Below, piece by piece: positions 23,281 to 35,620 of a DNA stretch of 64,000 nucleotides. Origin of the DNA: Chiloscyllium plagiosum (lineage: Eukaryota); contig NC_057719.1 of the NCBI RefSeq assembly GCF_004010195.1, forward strand, positions 20,632,870 through 20,696,869. The letters run 5' to 3'. Position 1 is the stretch's first letter. Each line of letters begins with the position of its first letter. The notes under the pieces were generated by a model, which did not search any database, had not been told where the DNA came from, and was given only the letters and a program-made list of their open reading frames with translations. Position numbers and translations under genes: made by a program.

Positions 23281-24264
23281 GACAATTCCTTCCCCAGACA
23301 ACCTCATTTCTCCAGTACATTTCTCTGCTGCTTAGAATTTACTTCTTTGACCAGATTTTCAGATACCTGCTCCAATATCTCTTTATAATCAACGGTATTA
23401 CTTATTTTTTTGTTAGTCTCCATCGCTGTGATATTCCTTGGAATGTTCCACTAAAGACACTATATAAATGCATATTATTGCTGTTATTACATTCTCTCTC
23501 ACCCTGTATTCAGTCCACCAAGAAATTCAAGTAGCTGTAGTTGTAAAAACAGAAGAATGCGACCCACAGCCCAGCAAGTCTTTCCTTTCTGCTCAGACCC
23601 ACGCACATTCCTTTTCCCCTGAAATAGAGAATTGATTCAGTCTTGCTTCATCATACTTGACACAAAATAACATTTTGATGCCAATACTATTACAGTTAAA
23701 CTAGGTCTGAGGGAAGTAAACAATCAAGGTAGCAATATACAGTCACATAAAATGTCAGTTAGCAATCTCGCAAGGTTACTGAACCAAGGCATAATACTGA
23801 GATGGGTGAGCCAAAATAACAAATCATGTTTGATTTCACTATAAAGGCATTGAGCTAGATGAATATAATTCATGGAGAGAACAAAATTAAGTTAAGCAAT
23901 GTTTGGATGTTTGTTTTTTTCTTAATCCCCTCTCTTTGTCCTATTATTTTGTAGAAGCAAGCATGGAGCAATATGATGTCTTCAAGAATCTTGGGACTGG
24001 GCCAAAACAACTGTGTTTCTTTTAATGAGGTGATGCCACAAATGTCATACTCATTCAGCAGGAGGAACAAACTGGCAGAAAGTGGAGTGGCAATTGGAGG
24101 ATTAGAGGATCTGACATTAAAAATCAAATAATTGTTCTCTTCCAGAGGTACTTAGTTGCTCTTTTGTTGCTTTTTATAATGTTTTATGGTGAACTGGAGG
24201 AAGGCTGCAAGTGACTGTCTTTGTCAGTCTAATCTGTAATTCTGGGTGACAGTAAATGGCCACA

Positions 24265-24985
24265 TGATGTACAGAGATCTTGGCGTTCAAGTCCATACAT
24301 CCCTGAAAGTGGCCACACAAGCAGATAAGATGGTAAAGAAGGCATATAGCAAGCTTGCCTTTATTGGTTGGGGAACTGAGTTCAATAGTCATGATGCTAT
24401 ATTGCAGACTTTGGTTAGACCACACTTAAAGTGTTGTGTTCAATTCTGGTCGGCACAATACAAGAAGGAGTGGAAGGTTTGGAGATGGTGCAGAAGAGGT
24501 TTACCAGGATGCTGCCTGATTTAGAATGTATTAGCTATAAGGAGAGGCTAGAAAAACTCAAGCTGTTTTCTCTGGAGTGGTAGAAGCTAAGGGGAGACTT
24601 GATAAAAGTAAACAAAATTATGAGGTGCATAGTTAGGGTTGATGGTCAGAATCTTTTTCCTAGAGATGAAATGTCTAAACCTAGGGGGCATGCATTTAAG
24701 GCAAGAGAGGGAAAGTTCAAAGGAGGTGTTAGGGGCAGGTTTTTCACATAGAGAATGATGGGAGTCTGGAATACGCTACCAGGGTGATGGTGGAGGCAGA
24801 TACGATAGGGGCATTTCAGACACTTATAGATAAGCCCATGTATATGTAAGGAGTGAGAGGGTGTGCATGGTCTAGGGGCAGACTGAAGGGATTAGTTTAG
24901 TTTAGTGTCATGTTCGGCACAACATTATGGGCCAAAGGGCTGTTCCTGTGCTGTGTAGTTTTATGTTCTATGTCCTGTGTTCTAT
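24265..24985 (+). mobile_element. CR1 LINE 3' fragment
   Basis: RDLGVQVHTSLKVATQADKMVKKAY, LVRPHLKCCVQFWS; (TTCTATG)-like tail. Confidence 0.88.
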
Positions 24986-26134
24986 GACAGTGCTGCCTTG
25001 TTGAATTTTTTCAACTGTATGCAAAGGGTCAATTTGGAACCAAACCACTTGCTGCTATCTGTTATTGGGCTTGCCAATATCTTCTCTCTGCTCTAATGAT
25101 TTTGAGTAAATTACCCATCTCCAAATTAAGATTAGGAAAATAGAATAAAGTAGATTATAAGAAAAAAATCAGTAGATAAAGAGTTGAAGTCTCTCCAAGG
25201 CACTGAGGGAGTGCTGCATTTCCTTTAAACAATATATTATAACAATCTCTAGTTGCATATTCCAATGAATATAAAAGATAACCAATCTGCTATTCATAAA
25301 GAAAAGCAGACTTTTCCTGTTGTCTGAGTGCAAAACTCAAACAACAGATTAAATGGTCATATATCTTGTTAGTATTTATGCAACTTTAAACACATGACAT
25401 TGAAACAGTTTAAAAGTAATAAATTAGCCTGGAAGTGCTCAAGGACATCCTAAGAACAAGAAAGGCATAATTTATTGACTAGTTTTCTTTAATATATTTC
25501 TGATCACTGTCATTTGTCAGGATTCCAAGCATAATGTCATGCATAGAAATCAAAAATCTGAAGATCAGGACAATTCCTTACTTTGCAAACCCAACCCAGG
25601 AAAGACTGATCCTGAACTACAGATTTGGTTTTGTGGGGATGTGGGAGTCACAATGAGCAACATCAATAGCAGGGAAGAGATTGCTGTGCGCAGAGCCTCA
25701 GTGCACTGATACTTTGTTGAAATAATGAAAAATAATAGATCAAGAACAAACCTCCAGCCCCTTCACCCCCATGCACTCCACATGCTAAACATTGCACTCA
25801 TATACCTCTACATCCACCTCCTTATATTCCATGTCATTGAACCTCTACTTACCCCCAGAGCCTTTTACACTCTCCATGTCAACATAGTGCAAACTTCCTC
25901 TATATTTTCTATGGACAGACCTCATGACTTATGCTGAAATTTAATAAGGTTCTGAAATGATTATTGTTATAAGACCAGACAAAATAGAAACAGGAGTAAG
26001 ACCATTTGGTCTCTTTAACCTTTTCCACCATTCCATAGCATCATGGCTGACCCAACACTTCACACATACACTTTCCTGCCCTTTCCCAATAACCCTTGAT
26101 TTGAATTCAATGTTTCTAAGCAAAATATTTTCAC

Positions 26135-26231
26135 TGTCAAAAAGTGTGGCACTAGAAAAGCACAGCAGGTCAGGCAGCATTCGAGGAACAGGAGAGTCAA
26201 TGTTTCAAGCATAAGCTCTTCATCAGGAATG
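26135..26231 (-). mobile_element. PLE pLTR fragment
   Basis: AAAAGCACAGCAGGTCAGGCAGCAT...AGCTCTTCATCAGGAATG. Confidence 0.75.
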
Positions 26232-27666
26232 TTGGTGTTCATTGTTAATGCCCCTATTCGCTATATTTAATTTCAATGAATCCCTTCAACGAACAAGCAT
26301 TGGAAGTCATAGTCCCACTTCAAAGCACTTATAAGTCACCGACATTTTCTTTAAACACACCTTTATGAACATATCTTTTTGTGAACTGTTTAATCGCAAG
26401 TATCTGAACTGGCTCAACCACTTAACAGTTGTCTTTGAAATATGTGCTTAGTTCTTTTTGACGTATCTGTCAAAGCATGTATTTCAGAGACAACTGTTAA
26501 GTGGTCCTGAAAACTCCTTCTGTAGTTGCCTTTGCCAATTGCAATGAGTTCATGCTCTGATGCACATTCACGCCTACCTGTAACAAACCCAAAAGGCACT
26601 TTAATTCTCCAGAGGGCACCTGAGCTCCCAAGAGTGTTTTGGAAATATATTGTAAAAGATATCCTATGTCTCTTTTGTGTACCTCACTCCAAAAAACTCT
26701 GGCAGTTTTGCATCTTCTCGCACCAGATCTAAGGTGCACAAGTCATGTTTTGGATTTCCCACGACTGAAAATCATATCAGCTTTAACATGTGCAGTTGCC
26801 TCGATGAACCACACACATTCAAATTAGAACCTGCCCTTATAACCCCCGGTGAAAATTATAGGTACCATTTTAAGGGGCAGGATTCCATTATCATTTTCAG
26901 CACGATTGAGAATTTCTCTTTCTTTGTGAAACTTCAGGCCCATCTATTTATTGATTGAAGAGAGCTAGCAACAATCATTTTCACAAGTAGAGATTTTAAG
27001 GAGAAATAACAGATTCGGTCAGAGGCATTATATTCAGCTTTACTTTTTAACTGTCTCCTTATTTGCAAATAGACCATTTTAAATTGATCTCCTGATGAGA
27101 GCTGCAAGAAGCTGTCATGACCATGTGTTCAGCAGATGTAAACCCTTCAGTAATGAGTTACTTGGTTGAACCACTATAAGTAATTATAGAGACAAATGGA
27201 AAAGGGATGACAGATGGAGTCTTCCTTCGTTGATAATTCAAGAATAATGAGAGAAGAAAACTATAAAACAGATTTCTCTGGCATTACTTCATTTACTTAA
27301 TTAATCACCTAATATGACAAGAGAAAAACAAGCATGGAAAATCCATCTAGCCAAATAAATAATTGTGCATTACTGTATGAAAGTACTTACTGAAATTAAT
27401 AACACTTGCCATTTTACTCAGGAGCTGACAGTAACAGGATGTCAAAGTAGTGCATAATTTTTGAAACATAAGGGGACTCTTCGAAGCAACCTTTCTTAGA
27501 CTTTTCATTACATCCCAATGGTGCCACCTCTGGCTCAGTTGGTAGAAAACTTGCCTCGGTCATAATATTAAGAGGTTACATTCTAGTGGCTTGAGCACAA
27601 ATATTCAAGCTTAGCATTTCTATTCTAGGAGCTCTGCATAAAGGAGGTGTAATCTCTCAGATAAGC

Positions 27667-27770
27667 TTCTGAAGAAGGGTCACTGGACTCGAAACGTTAA
27701 CTTTGCTTTCTCTCCACTGATGCTGCTAAACTTGCTGAATTTCTCCAGCAATTTCTAGTTTTGTTTTAGG
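27667..27770 (+). mobile_element. PLE-terminus fragment with hammerhead core (GTTAAC family), adjacent to a decayed DeuSINE head (27520-27660)
   Basis: CTGAAGA(27669-27675)-A-GGGTC-ACTG-GACTC-GAAAC-GTT-AAC. Confidence 0.7.
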
Positions 27771-28886
27771 TTCAGACTCTTTATGGCCTTTTTAAAAATC
27801 ATTTGGGGACTGTAGTATTCCCAGGATTTCCTTGTCCATTCCTGCTTGCCCTTGAGAATATAATGGCAAGTTTTCTTCTTGGAACTTCCATTTACATACA
27901 CATACAATGTTCTTAAGGAGGGAGTTTCAGGATTTTGATCAAATAACAGTAAAGGGTAACCAATATATTTCCAATCAATGTTATGTTTTTATTACTTCTT
28001 TAGATGTTGGAATAATTGGCTAGATCAACACTTATTAACCATCCTTAATTATCTGGCTATTGCTGCTTTCCCTTAACAATATCCAAAAAGGTATATAGGC
28101 TTGAAAGGGGAATGGTCAAATGAAACATCTGCATTTCCTGCTCACAATTACCTGTCTTCCTGGTAGTGAATCAACTCTTCTCTGTCTATGTAGTCCTGAC
28201 TGGTGATAACCACCTCACTAAACGTGCTATTCTTGACATGCTCTGCCTCATGGATGCCTCATGGGGAGTCCATCCAGAGGTCGAGACACCCTTTGTGGCA
28301 AATCAGGAGTTGTAGCTGAACACACCTCCTGCATACATAGTCACCGTGGACACTGGAATGTCCCTGATTCCCACATATTGCAGGAGGAGCATGCTAAGAA
28401 GCCAAGTTCTCCTGCCATGTCAAACATTATCAACTACAGACAACAGATTACACAACTTACCCACTAGTCACCAAGATCAGGTTTCTCAATTCCTCACAGA
28501 CTACAACTACTAAAGGGAAGTACATTATCTCTCTCAAGGACTGCTAACTCAGTCTACAAACTTGGTTCCTGAGCAGCTATGAATATGATCCCTTTCTCAG
28601 TTATGCTGACTGAGCTGACTTCTTCCAGAATGCTCCTTGGGCACTTTTTACAACCTCCTCTGTTGGATGCTCTTCCACCTGATGAGTGCTGGGTTCACTG
28701 CAATCCTCTTCTCAGTCGTGGCTGAACTGACTTCTCCTCAAATCCACCTCTCACCTGTATCCTCTATTGGACTAGATGGTGAATGGTCTGAAGTTCAGGG
28801 GTAATTGGGAAGGTCTAAGCATTGTCAAGGCAAAGGTGTTCAGTGGAGTGATTGTGGGGTAGTCAGATGTATAGTTACCTAAATAG

Positions 28887-29227
28887 TAGATTAGATTAGA
28901 TTAGATTCCCTACAGTATGGAAACAGGCCCTTTGGCCCACAAGTCCACATCGACCCTCTGAAGAGTAACTCACCCAGACTCATTCCCCTAGCCTATATTT
29001 AACCCTGATTAATGCACCCATTGCTATGGGCAATTTCTCATTGCCAATTCACCTGACCTGTACATCTTTGGATTTTGGGAGGAAACTGGAGCACTCGGAG
29101 GAAACCCACGCAGGCACAGGGAGACTGTGCAAACTCAATGCAGACCACCCCTGAGGTAGGAATCGAACCCAGGTCCCTGACACTGTGAGGCAGCAGTGCT
29201 AACCACTGAACCACTATGCCACGCCAC
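28887..29227 (-). mobile_element. HE1-type V-SINE
   Basis: (AGATT)n tail, reverse-complement V-domain, GGAATCGAACC B box. Confidence 0.88.
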
Positions 29228-29305
29228 AGATGAGGTAGATGAGGAGTCTGCTATCTAATATTTCATGGGTAATGAGGTAAGAAAGTTGGGAATGTCCGAA
29301 GTCTT

Positions 29306-29541
29306 TGTAGTGATTGGAACGAGGTTGGCCAGATGGTTCTCATTGAGCATGAATTCCCTGATCAGAGCTGTTAACCTGAGTCAGTCAGGGACTCCTGGCT
29401 GGAAGATATAGACAGGAGTCTCAGTGATACTTCTCATTCTAGGGACTGCTTCTGAGTTAGCTGCTCAAAGTCCATGCACTGTGTGTTTGTAAATAAAGGG
29501 TGTCCTGGTGACAGGATACCGGCCTCCATGAGGTTATTTCA
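29306..29541 (+). mobile_element. Possible short solo LTR
   Basis: TGTAGTG...TATTTCA termini; internal AATAAA at ~29492; TSD not convincing. Confidence 0.35.
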
Positions 29542-29749
29542 GGTTTCAACCTCTAACCTAGCTTTGGAGACATTTTGGACGGGTTGGCTAAAGATGATAG
29601 GTTGAGTAGGTTTTGCCCTTACTTATTGGAGTTTAGAAGAGTGAGAGATGATCACTTTTGAAATATAAGATTCTGGGGGCTTGACAGAGTAGATGCTGAG
29701 AGGATGCTTCCCCTTCTGATTAAATCTGGATTTTGTTTAAATTTATTAA

Positions 29750-30600
29750 TGAGATGGGGGATCAATGTCTCCACCACTTGTCTATTGGTAATTGCCCTTG
29801 AGAAGTTGGGATCATTATGAAGGGATTTTCCAGAAGATCAACATGTGACTGTAAAAGAATTGTAATATGTTATGAAGTCATCATGGTCTGTGCTTAGGAA
29901 GGAAACTTGGAGGCAGTGGGATTTCCACACATCTGCAGTCCCTTTCCTCTTAGATGGCAGACCTCATATGTTTACATACTGCTGTTGAAGGAGGTTTGGT
30001 GAGTTAATGGAACACATTTTGTAGATGGTACACACTGTTGATACTGTACATCTGTCTTGAAGAGATTGAATGTTGAAGACAGTGAATGGAATGTCAATCA
30101 GTGAGTGGGATGGTGTCTAGCTTCTTGAATGTTGTTGAAATAAAATGCATCCAGTCAAGTGGCAAGTATTCCATTATACTCATAACTTGTGCCGTATAAA
30201 TGGTGGACAGATAGCAGTCATGTTACTTTCTGCAGGACTCCAAGCCTCTGAACTGCTTTTTCATGCAGAGTATATTACTGTTAGTTCAGTTCATTTCTGG
30301 CCAATGTTAACTTCCAGACTGTTGACAGTGTGGGATTCAGCAATGGTAATGACACTGAGGTCAAAGAGCAATTATTAGGTTTTTTTGCAGGAAATGGTCA
30401 TTGCCTGACACTTTTGCAGCAAAAATGGTGCTTGCCCAAGCTTGGCTGTTGTCCCAGTTTTGCTGCATATGGACACTGGTTGGTTCAGCACCTGAGGAGT
30501 TGTGAATGGTATTGAACAATGATTGATCATCATCAAATGTCTGCATTTTTGACTGTGCTAAGGGGGTACGGTTATTGATAAAGTATCTGAAAATTGTTGG
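29750..30600 (-). mobile_element. Decayed LINE fragments (RTEX-like, same family as 63310-64000)
   Basis: Reverse-strand similarity to 63520-63800 (AGTATAATGGAATACTTGCCACTTGACTGGATG vs AGTATGATGGAATATTCCCCACTTGTCTGGATG; GTGTGTACCATCTACAAAATG vs GTGTGTACCATTTATAAGATG). Confidence 0.55.
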
Positions 30601-31109
30601 ACCTATAACTAGTGGAGTGCCACAGGAATCAATGCTGGGGTCACAATTTTTTTACAACAGATATTAATAATTTAGTTGATAGCAGTGAATGTACTATCAC
30701 AAAGATTTTTGATGACACATCAATAGCTGGGAAGGCAAGTCGTGAAGATGATGCAAGGATTCTACAGAGGGCTGCAGACAGGTTAAGTGAGTGGGCAAAA
30801 ACTTGACAGATGCAATATTATCCGGGAAAATGTGAGTTTATACACTTTGGCAGGAAGAGTGAAGAGCTGATTTTTTTTTAATGAGGGAATACTGCAGACA
30901 GCTGCAGCATTAAAAGAGATGCTCTGGTGCATAAACAACAAAACCTATCATCCAGTTCTGAGGAAGAAATCACTTGAACCAAATGTTCTGGTTTTAATTG
31001 CCACACTCCTAGTCCTATTTTTTCTGTTTTAGTGTTCGTATTGAAACGTTCTTGCAAATAGAATAAAAGTGCTAAAGCTTTAAGATGTTCCGTCACTTCA
31101 CAGACCTAA

Positions 31110-32887
31110 GGATGGATTACTCCCAGTGCTATGAGCTAGTGAGGGCAGGAATAAGAGGATAGAGCAGATGAATGCATGGCTGAGGAGCTGGTGTATGGAA
31201 GAAAGATTCACACTTTTGGACCATTAGAATCTCTTTTGGAGTTGAAGTGACCTGTACAAGAAGGACGGATTGCATCTAAATTGGAAGGGGACTAATATAC
31301 TGGCAGAGAAATTTGCTACAGCTGCTCAGGAGGATTTAAACTAGTAAGGTGGGGGGTGGGACCCAGGGAGATAGTGAGGAAAGAGATCAATCTGAGACTG
31401 GTACAGTTGAGAACAGAAACAAGTCTAACAGTCAGAGCAAGCAGGGACAAGGTAGGACTAATAAATTAACTGCATTTATTTCAATGCAAGGGGCCTAATA
31501 GGGAAGGCAGATGAACTCAGGGCATGGTTAAGAACATGGGACTGGGATATCATAGCAATTACAGAAACATGGCTCAGGGATGGGCAGAACTGGCAGCTTA
31601 ATATTCCAGGATACAAATGCTACAGGAAGGATAGAAAGGGAGGCAAGAGAGGAGGGGGAGTGGCANNNNNNNNNNNNNNNNNNNNNNNNNNNNNNNNNNN
31701 NNNNNNNNNNNNNNNNNNNNNNNNNNNNNNNNNNNNNNNNNNNNNNNNNNNNNNNNNNNNNNNNNNNNNNNNNNNNNNNNNNNNNNNNNNNNNNNNNNNN
31801 NNNNNNNNNNNNNNNNNNNNNNNNNNNNNNNNNNNNNNNNNNNNNNNNNNNNNNNNNNNNNNNNNNNNNNNNNNNNNNNNNNNNNNNNNNNNNNNNNNNN
31901 NNNNNNNNNNNNNNNNNNNNNNNNNNNNNNNNNNNNNNNNNNNNNNNNNNNNNNNNNNNNNNNNNNNNNNNNNNNNNNNNNNNNNNNNNNNNNNNNNNNN
32001 NNNNNNNNNNNNNNNNNNNNNNNNNNNNNNNNNNNNNNNNNNNNNNNNNNNNNNNNNNNNNNNNNNNNNNNNNNNNNNNNNNNNNNNNNNNNNNNNNNNN
32101 NNNNNNNNNNNNNNNNNNNNNNNNNNNNNNNNNNNNNNNNNNNNNNNNNNNNNNNNNNNNNNNNNNNNNNNNNNNNNNNNNNNNNNNNNNNNNNNNNNNN
32201 NNNNNNNNNNNNNNNNNNNNNNNNNNNNNNNNNNNNNNNNNNNNNAGGAAAGGCTAGTAGGTATAGGGAATGCTGGATGACTAAAGAAATTGAGGATTTG
32301 GTTCAGAAAAAGAAGGAAGCATATGTAAGGTATAGGCAGGATAGATCGAGTGAATCCTTAAAAGAGTATAAAGGAAGTAGGAGTATACTTAAGAGGGGAA
32401 TCAGGAGGGCAAAAAGGGGACATGAAATAGCTTTGGCACATAGAATTAAGGAGACTCCAAAGAGTTTTTACAAATACATTAAGGACAAAAGGATAACTCG
32501 GGAGAGAATAGGGCCCCTCAAAGATCAGCAAGGCGGCCTTTGCGTGGAGCCACAGAAAATGGGAGAGATACTAAACGAGTATATTGCATTAGTATATACT
32601 GTGGAAAAGGATATGGAGATATAGAAAATAGCGAAATAGATGGTGACACCTTGTAAAATGTCCAGAGGGTGGTACATGTATAGAATGAGCTGCTAGAGGA
32701 AGTGGTGGAGGTTGGTACAATTGCAACATTTAAGAAGCATTTGGATGGGTATATGAATAGGAAGGGTTTGGAGGGATAGGGGCCGGGTGCTGGCAGGTGG
32801 GACTAGATTGGGTTGGGATATCTGGTTGGCATGGATGAGTTGGACCAAAGGGTCTGTTTCCATGCTGTACATCTCTATGACTCTATG
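31110..32887 (+). mobile_element. CR1 LINE: ORF1 3' end, ORF2 AP-endonuclease start, gap, internal deletion, 3' end
   Basis: DLYKKDGLHLNWKGT (esterase-like ORF1); CIYFNARGL...DIIAITETWLRDG...YRKDR...GGGVA (APE); KETPKSFYKYIK; jump at ~32660 to 3' UTR with (CTCTATGA)n tail. Confidence 0.9.
31666..32245. other. Assembly gap (580 N) inside CR1
   Basis: N run. Confidence 1.
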
Positions 32888-33779
32888 TACATAAATTATA
32901 ACAACACTATTTTTTCAAAGGGGAAAGAACCTTTTGTCAAAAAAGTATCACTGTTATTCTTGTCCAATGTGAATGAGAATTAAACTTAAATATCACTTTT
33001 ATTGCTTGATGTTTTCAATTCGATTACACTGTTTGATAAGCCTTGTAGAATATTGTTAAACTGTGCTATGAATAATTTTTGTGTGGAATGGAGTGATGTT
33101 GGTAATAAATGTTTAGCTGATTTGATATATTAGGTTATTGAATGACAGTGCCAGAATAGAAAACACAAGAAAACAACTGTATTAAACCGTCAGGTAAGCA
33201 ACCCTTAAGAGACTCACACATGAAGGAAAATTATTCATTGTATGTTGGTCTCATGTGTATGTTGTTCATTTAAAACAAAAATCCATCCAACTTTTGATAT
33301 GCAAATATTGATATTTGCGTCTAGTGACTTGAGCCTTTAATCTACCTCGAAATGAGAGAACAGAAAACATTTGTACTGTGCAGCTATCACAGTTTGATTT
33401 CTCAGAGTATAAGCTGTTAATGATTATAGTGCAAGCTTTCAAAGTAGGAAGGTGTTATCACTTCTGACCCACTTTCTTGAGTGTAGCTTAGGTGGTATTA
33501 ACTAAAAGTTAAACAACATATGCTGTGGATTCTGTGCAACTTGTGCTTTACTCTTGTTAAGCTTTCCTTTAGAACATGTATTGTTCTATTGTTGCAAAAG
33601 CATTGTTAAGATTCCAACAAAAACAGGCATAACTCCCTGTTCTTCTATAAAACACTTAGATGCGGTATTTTCCATCAATTCAAGCATGCTTCAGTTTGAT
33701 GTCTTAACACTTCCTTAGAATTCTACTGGAGAATCAGCCACAATTGTTCTGCTTAAGCCCTGCAGTGGAATTTAAAGCT

Positions 33780-34240
33780 GGACTCTTGGTCATTCAGAGG
33801 CATGGTTAGCATATGTAGAAGAGAAATAAAGAATATTTTTGAACTTGTATGGCAGAGTTAGAGGACTGATTAAACATCCGCTACTGACTGTTGTAAAAAA
33901 AAATCTGATTCACCAATGCGCTTCAGTGAAGGAAATCTGCTGTCCTTACCTAATCTAGCCTACAAGTGATTATAGGCTCACATCAAGATCATGGACTTTT
34001 AATCATCCCCTAATATGGCCGAGCAAACTAATCATTCTATATAAACAAATCAAGTCAAGGTATGAGATTGGACAGATCACCTGTCTTGGTCTAGGCACTG
34101 GAAATGACATTACAAACAAGCCTTTCGATCCTACAAAGTTCTCCTTACAAGCAATTGTGGGCTTATGCCAAAATTGAGATAGCTGTAATTAAGTAATTAA
34201 GCTGTAACAATTAAGTAACAACCTCATATTATCTGTAAGA
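33780..34240 (+). mobile_element. SINE-family-2 body running into a probable LINE endonuclease start
   Basis: GAAGGAAATCTGCTGTCCTTACC block shared with 19430 and 49485; downstream KVLLTSNCGLMPKL...QPHII resembles an APE N-terminus. Confidence 0.4.
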
Positions 34241-34504
34241 CATGATGTTGTGAGGGGGGCGTTGTCTCAGACACCAACTGGTACATTATCACAATTCTCT
34301 GAGGCAAAAACAAAGGGAATGGGATTTAGAAAATACAATCAAACTGATGGTGGTTAACAGGCAACCATAAGTGAAGGTGTGGAGGGATACAGAGGAACGC
34401 ACAACCAGAGAATCAGAAAAATTTGAAATGTCTAAGACTGGAAATCATTCCTATGAAAATATGGAGTAAACATAATAATGAGGGTTTTTGTGAATGTTAA
34501 ATAT

Positions 34505-35340
34505 AACACTTTATTCAATGCCCATGTCATAGAGATGTACAGCATGGAAACAGACCCTTCGGTCCAACCCGTCCATGCCGACCAGATATCCCAACCCAAT
34601 CTAGTCCCACCTGCCAGCACCCGAAGCATAGTAGACATCTTTCAGCACAGCCAAACTTAGAGATATGGAGGCACAAAACTGTAAGATAAAACAAAGAACA
34701 TAGAACATTACAGAGCAGTACAGACCTTTCAGCCCTCGATGTTGCGCCGACCTGTGAAACCAGTCTGAAGCCTATCTAATCTACATTAATATATTTTCCT
34801 CCATTTGTCTATCAAATGATACTTAAATGCCCTTAACGTTGGTGAGTCTACTATTGATGCAGGCAGGCTGTTCCACGCCCCTACTCCTCTGAGTATCGAA
34901 GCTACCTCTGACATCTGTCCTACATCTATCACTCCTCCATTTAAAACTATGTCCCCTCGTGCTAGCCATCACTATCAGAGGAAAAAGGCTCTCACTGTCC
35001 ACCCTCTCTAACCCTCTGAATAGATAAGCTGTCCTTCCCATAGGATGGAGGTTTTCAAGACTTTGGGGAATATTTTTAAGGGAGTGGAGAAAGATTTAAA
35101 AAAGAGATGAGGGGCATTTGTTTTACAGTGGTTCATGTTTGGAGTGAACTTCCAGAGGAAGTGGTGGGCGCAGGTACAGTTACAACATTTAAAAGACATT
35201 TAGATAAGTACATGAATAAGAAATGTATTGAGGGATATGGGCCAAGCGTAGACAAGTGTGGATGAGTGTAGTTTGGACTGTGGTCAGCATCGACTGGTTG
35301 GATGGAAGGGTCTGTTTCTGTGCTGTATGACTCGATGATT
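34505..35340. mobile_element. Cluster of three CR1 3' ends (two minus, one plus)
   Basis: 34505-34625 (-), 34695-35012 (-, HSFKWRSDRCRTDVRGSF), 35040-35340 (+). Confidence 0.8.
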
Positions 35341-35344
35341 CTGC

Positions 35345-35620
35345 ACCTCTCAGGAGATGTTGCAGCTTATGCGTGGCTCAGATGGAAATTCTGATTCCTG
35401 TAGACGAGTAGAGCCACCTGCCTCAGAAAACAAGATGGCATGGTTAGAATTTGTTGAATCTGTCAGCGGCAGCAGCGAAGTGCCACATTCCTGAACACAT
35501 TTTGGAAAGTGGCTCCTCTGTGAAGTGTAACTCAGTGCTCAAGCCCTCTCTTTTACAGGTAGCCAGGTGGCTAAGGAACAGGGAGCTGCTGGAGCTGTTC
35601 CTGCTGTGCATGGTACTGCT
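35345..35620 (+). pseudogene. Myb/SANT-like DNA-binding gene relic (probable Harbinger partner ORF)
   Basis: Frameshifted reading ...MEILIPVD...PPASENKMAWLEFVESVSGSSEVPHS*THFGKW, resembling the W-containing helices of MSANTD-like domains. Confidence 0.4.

Noticed and set aside
23955..24131. Strong polypyrimidine tract and AG, followed by Kozak ATG MEQYDVFKNLGTG (kinase-like start)
   Set aside because: That frame stops after 20 codons and lacks GxGxxG; the alternative open frame has no recognisable similarity and no partner exons are evident
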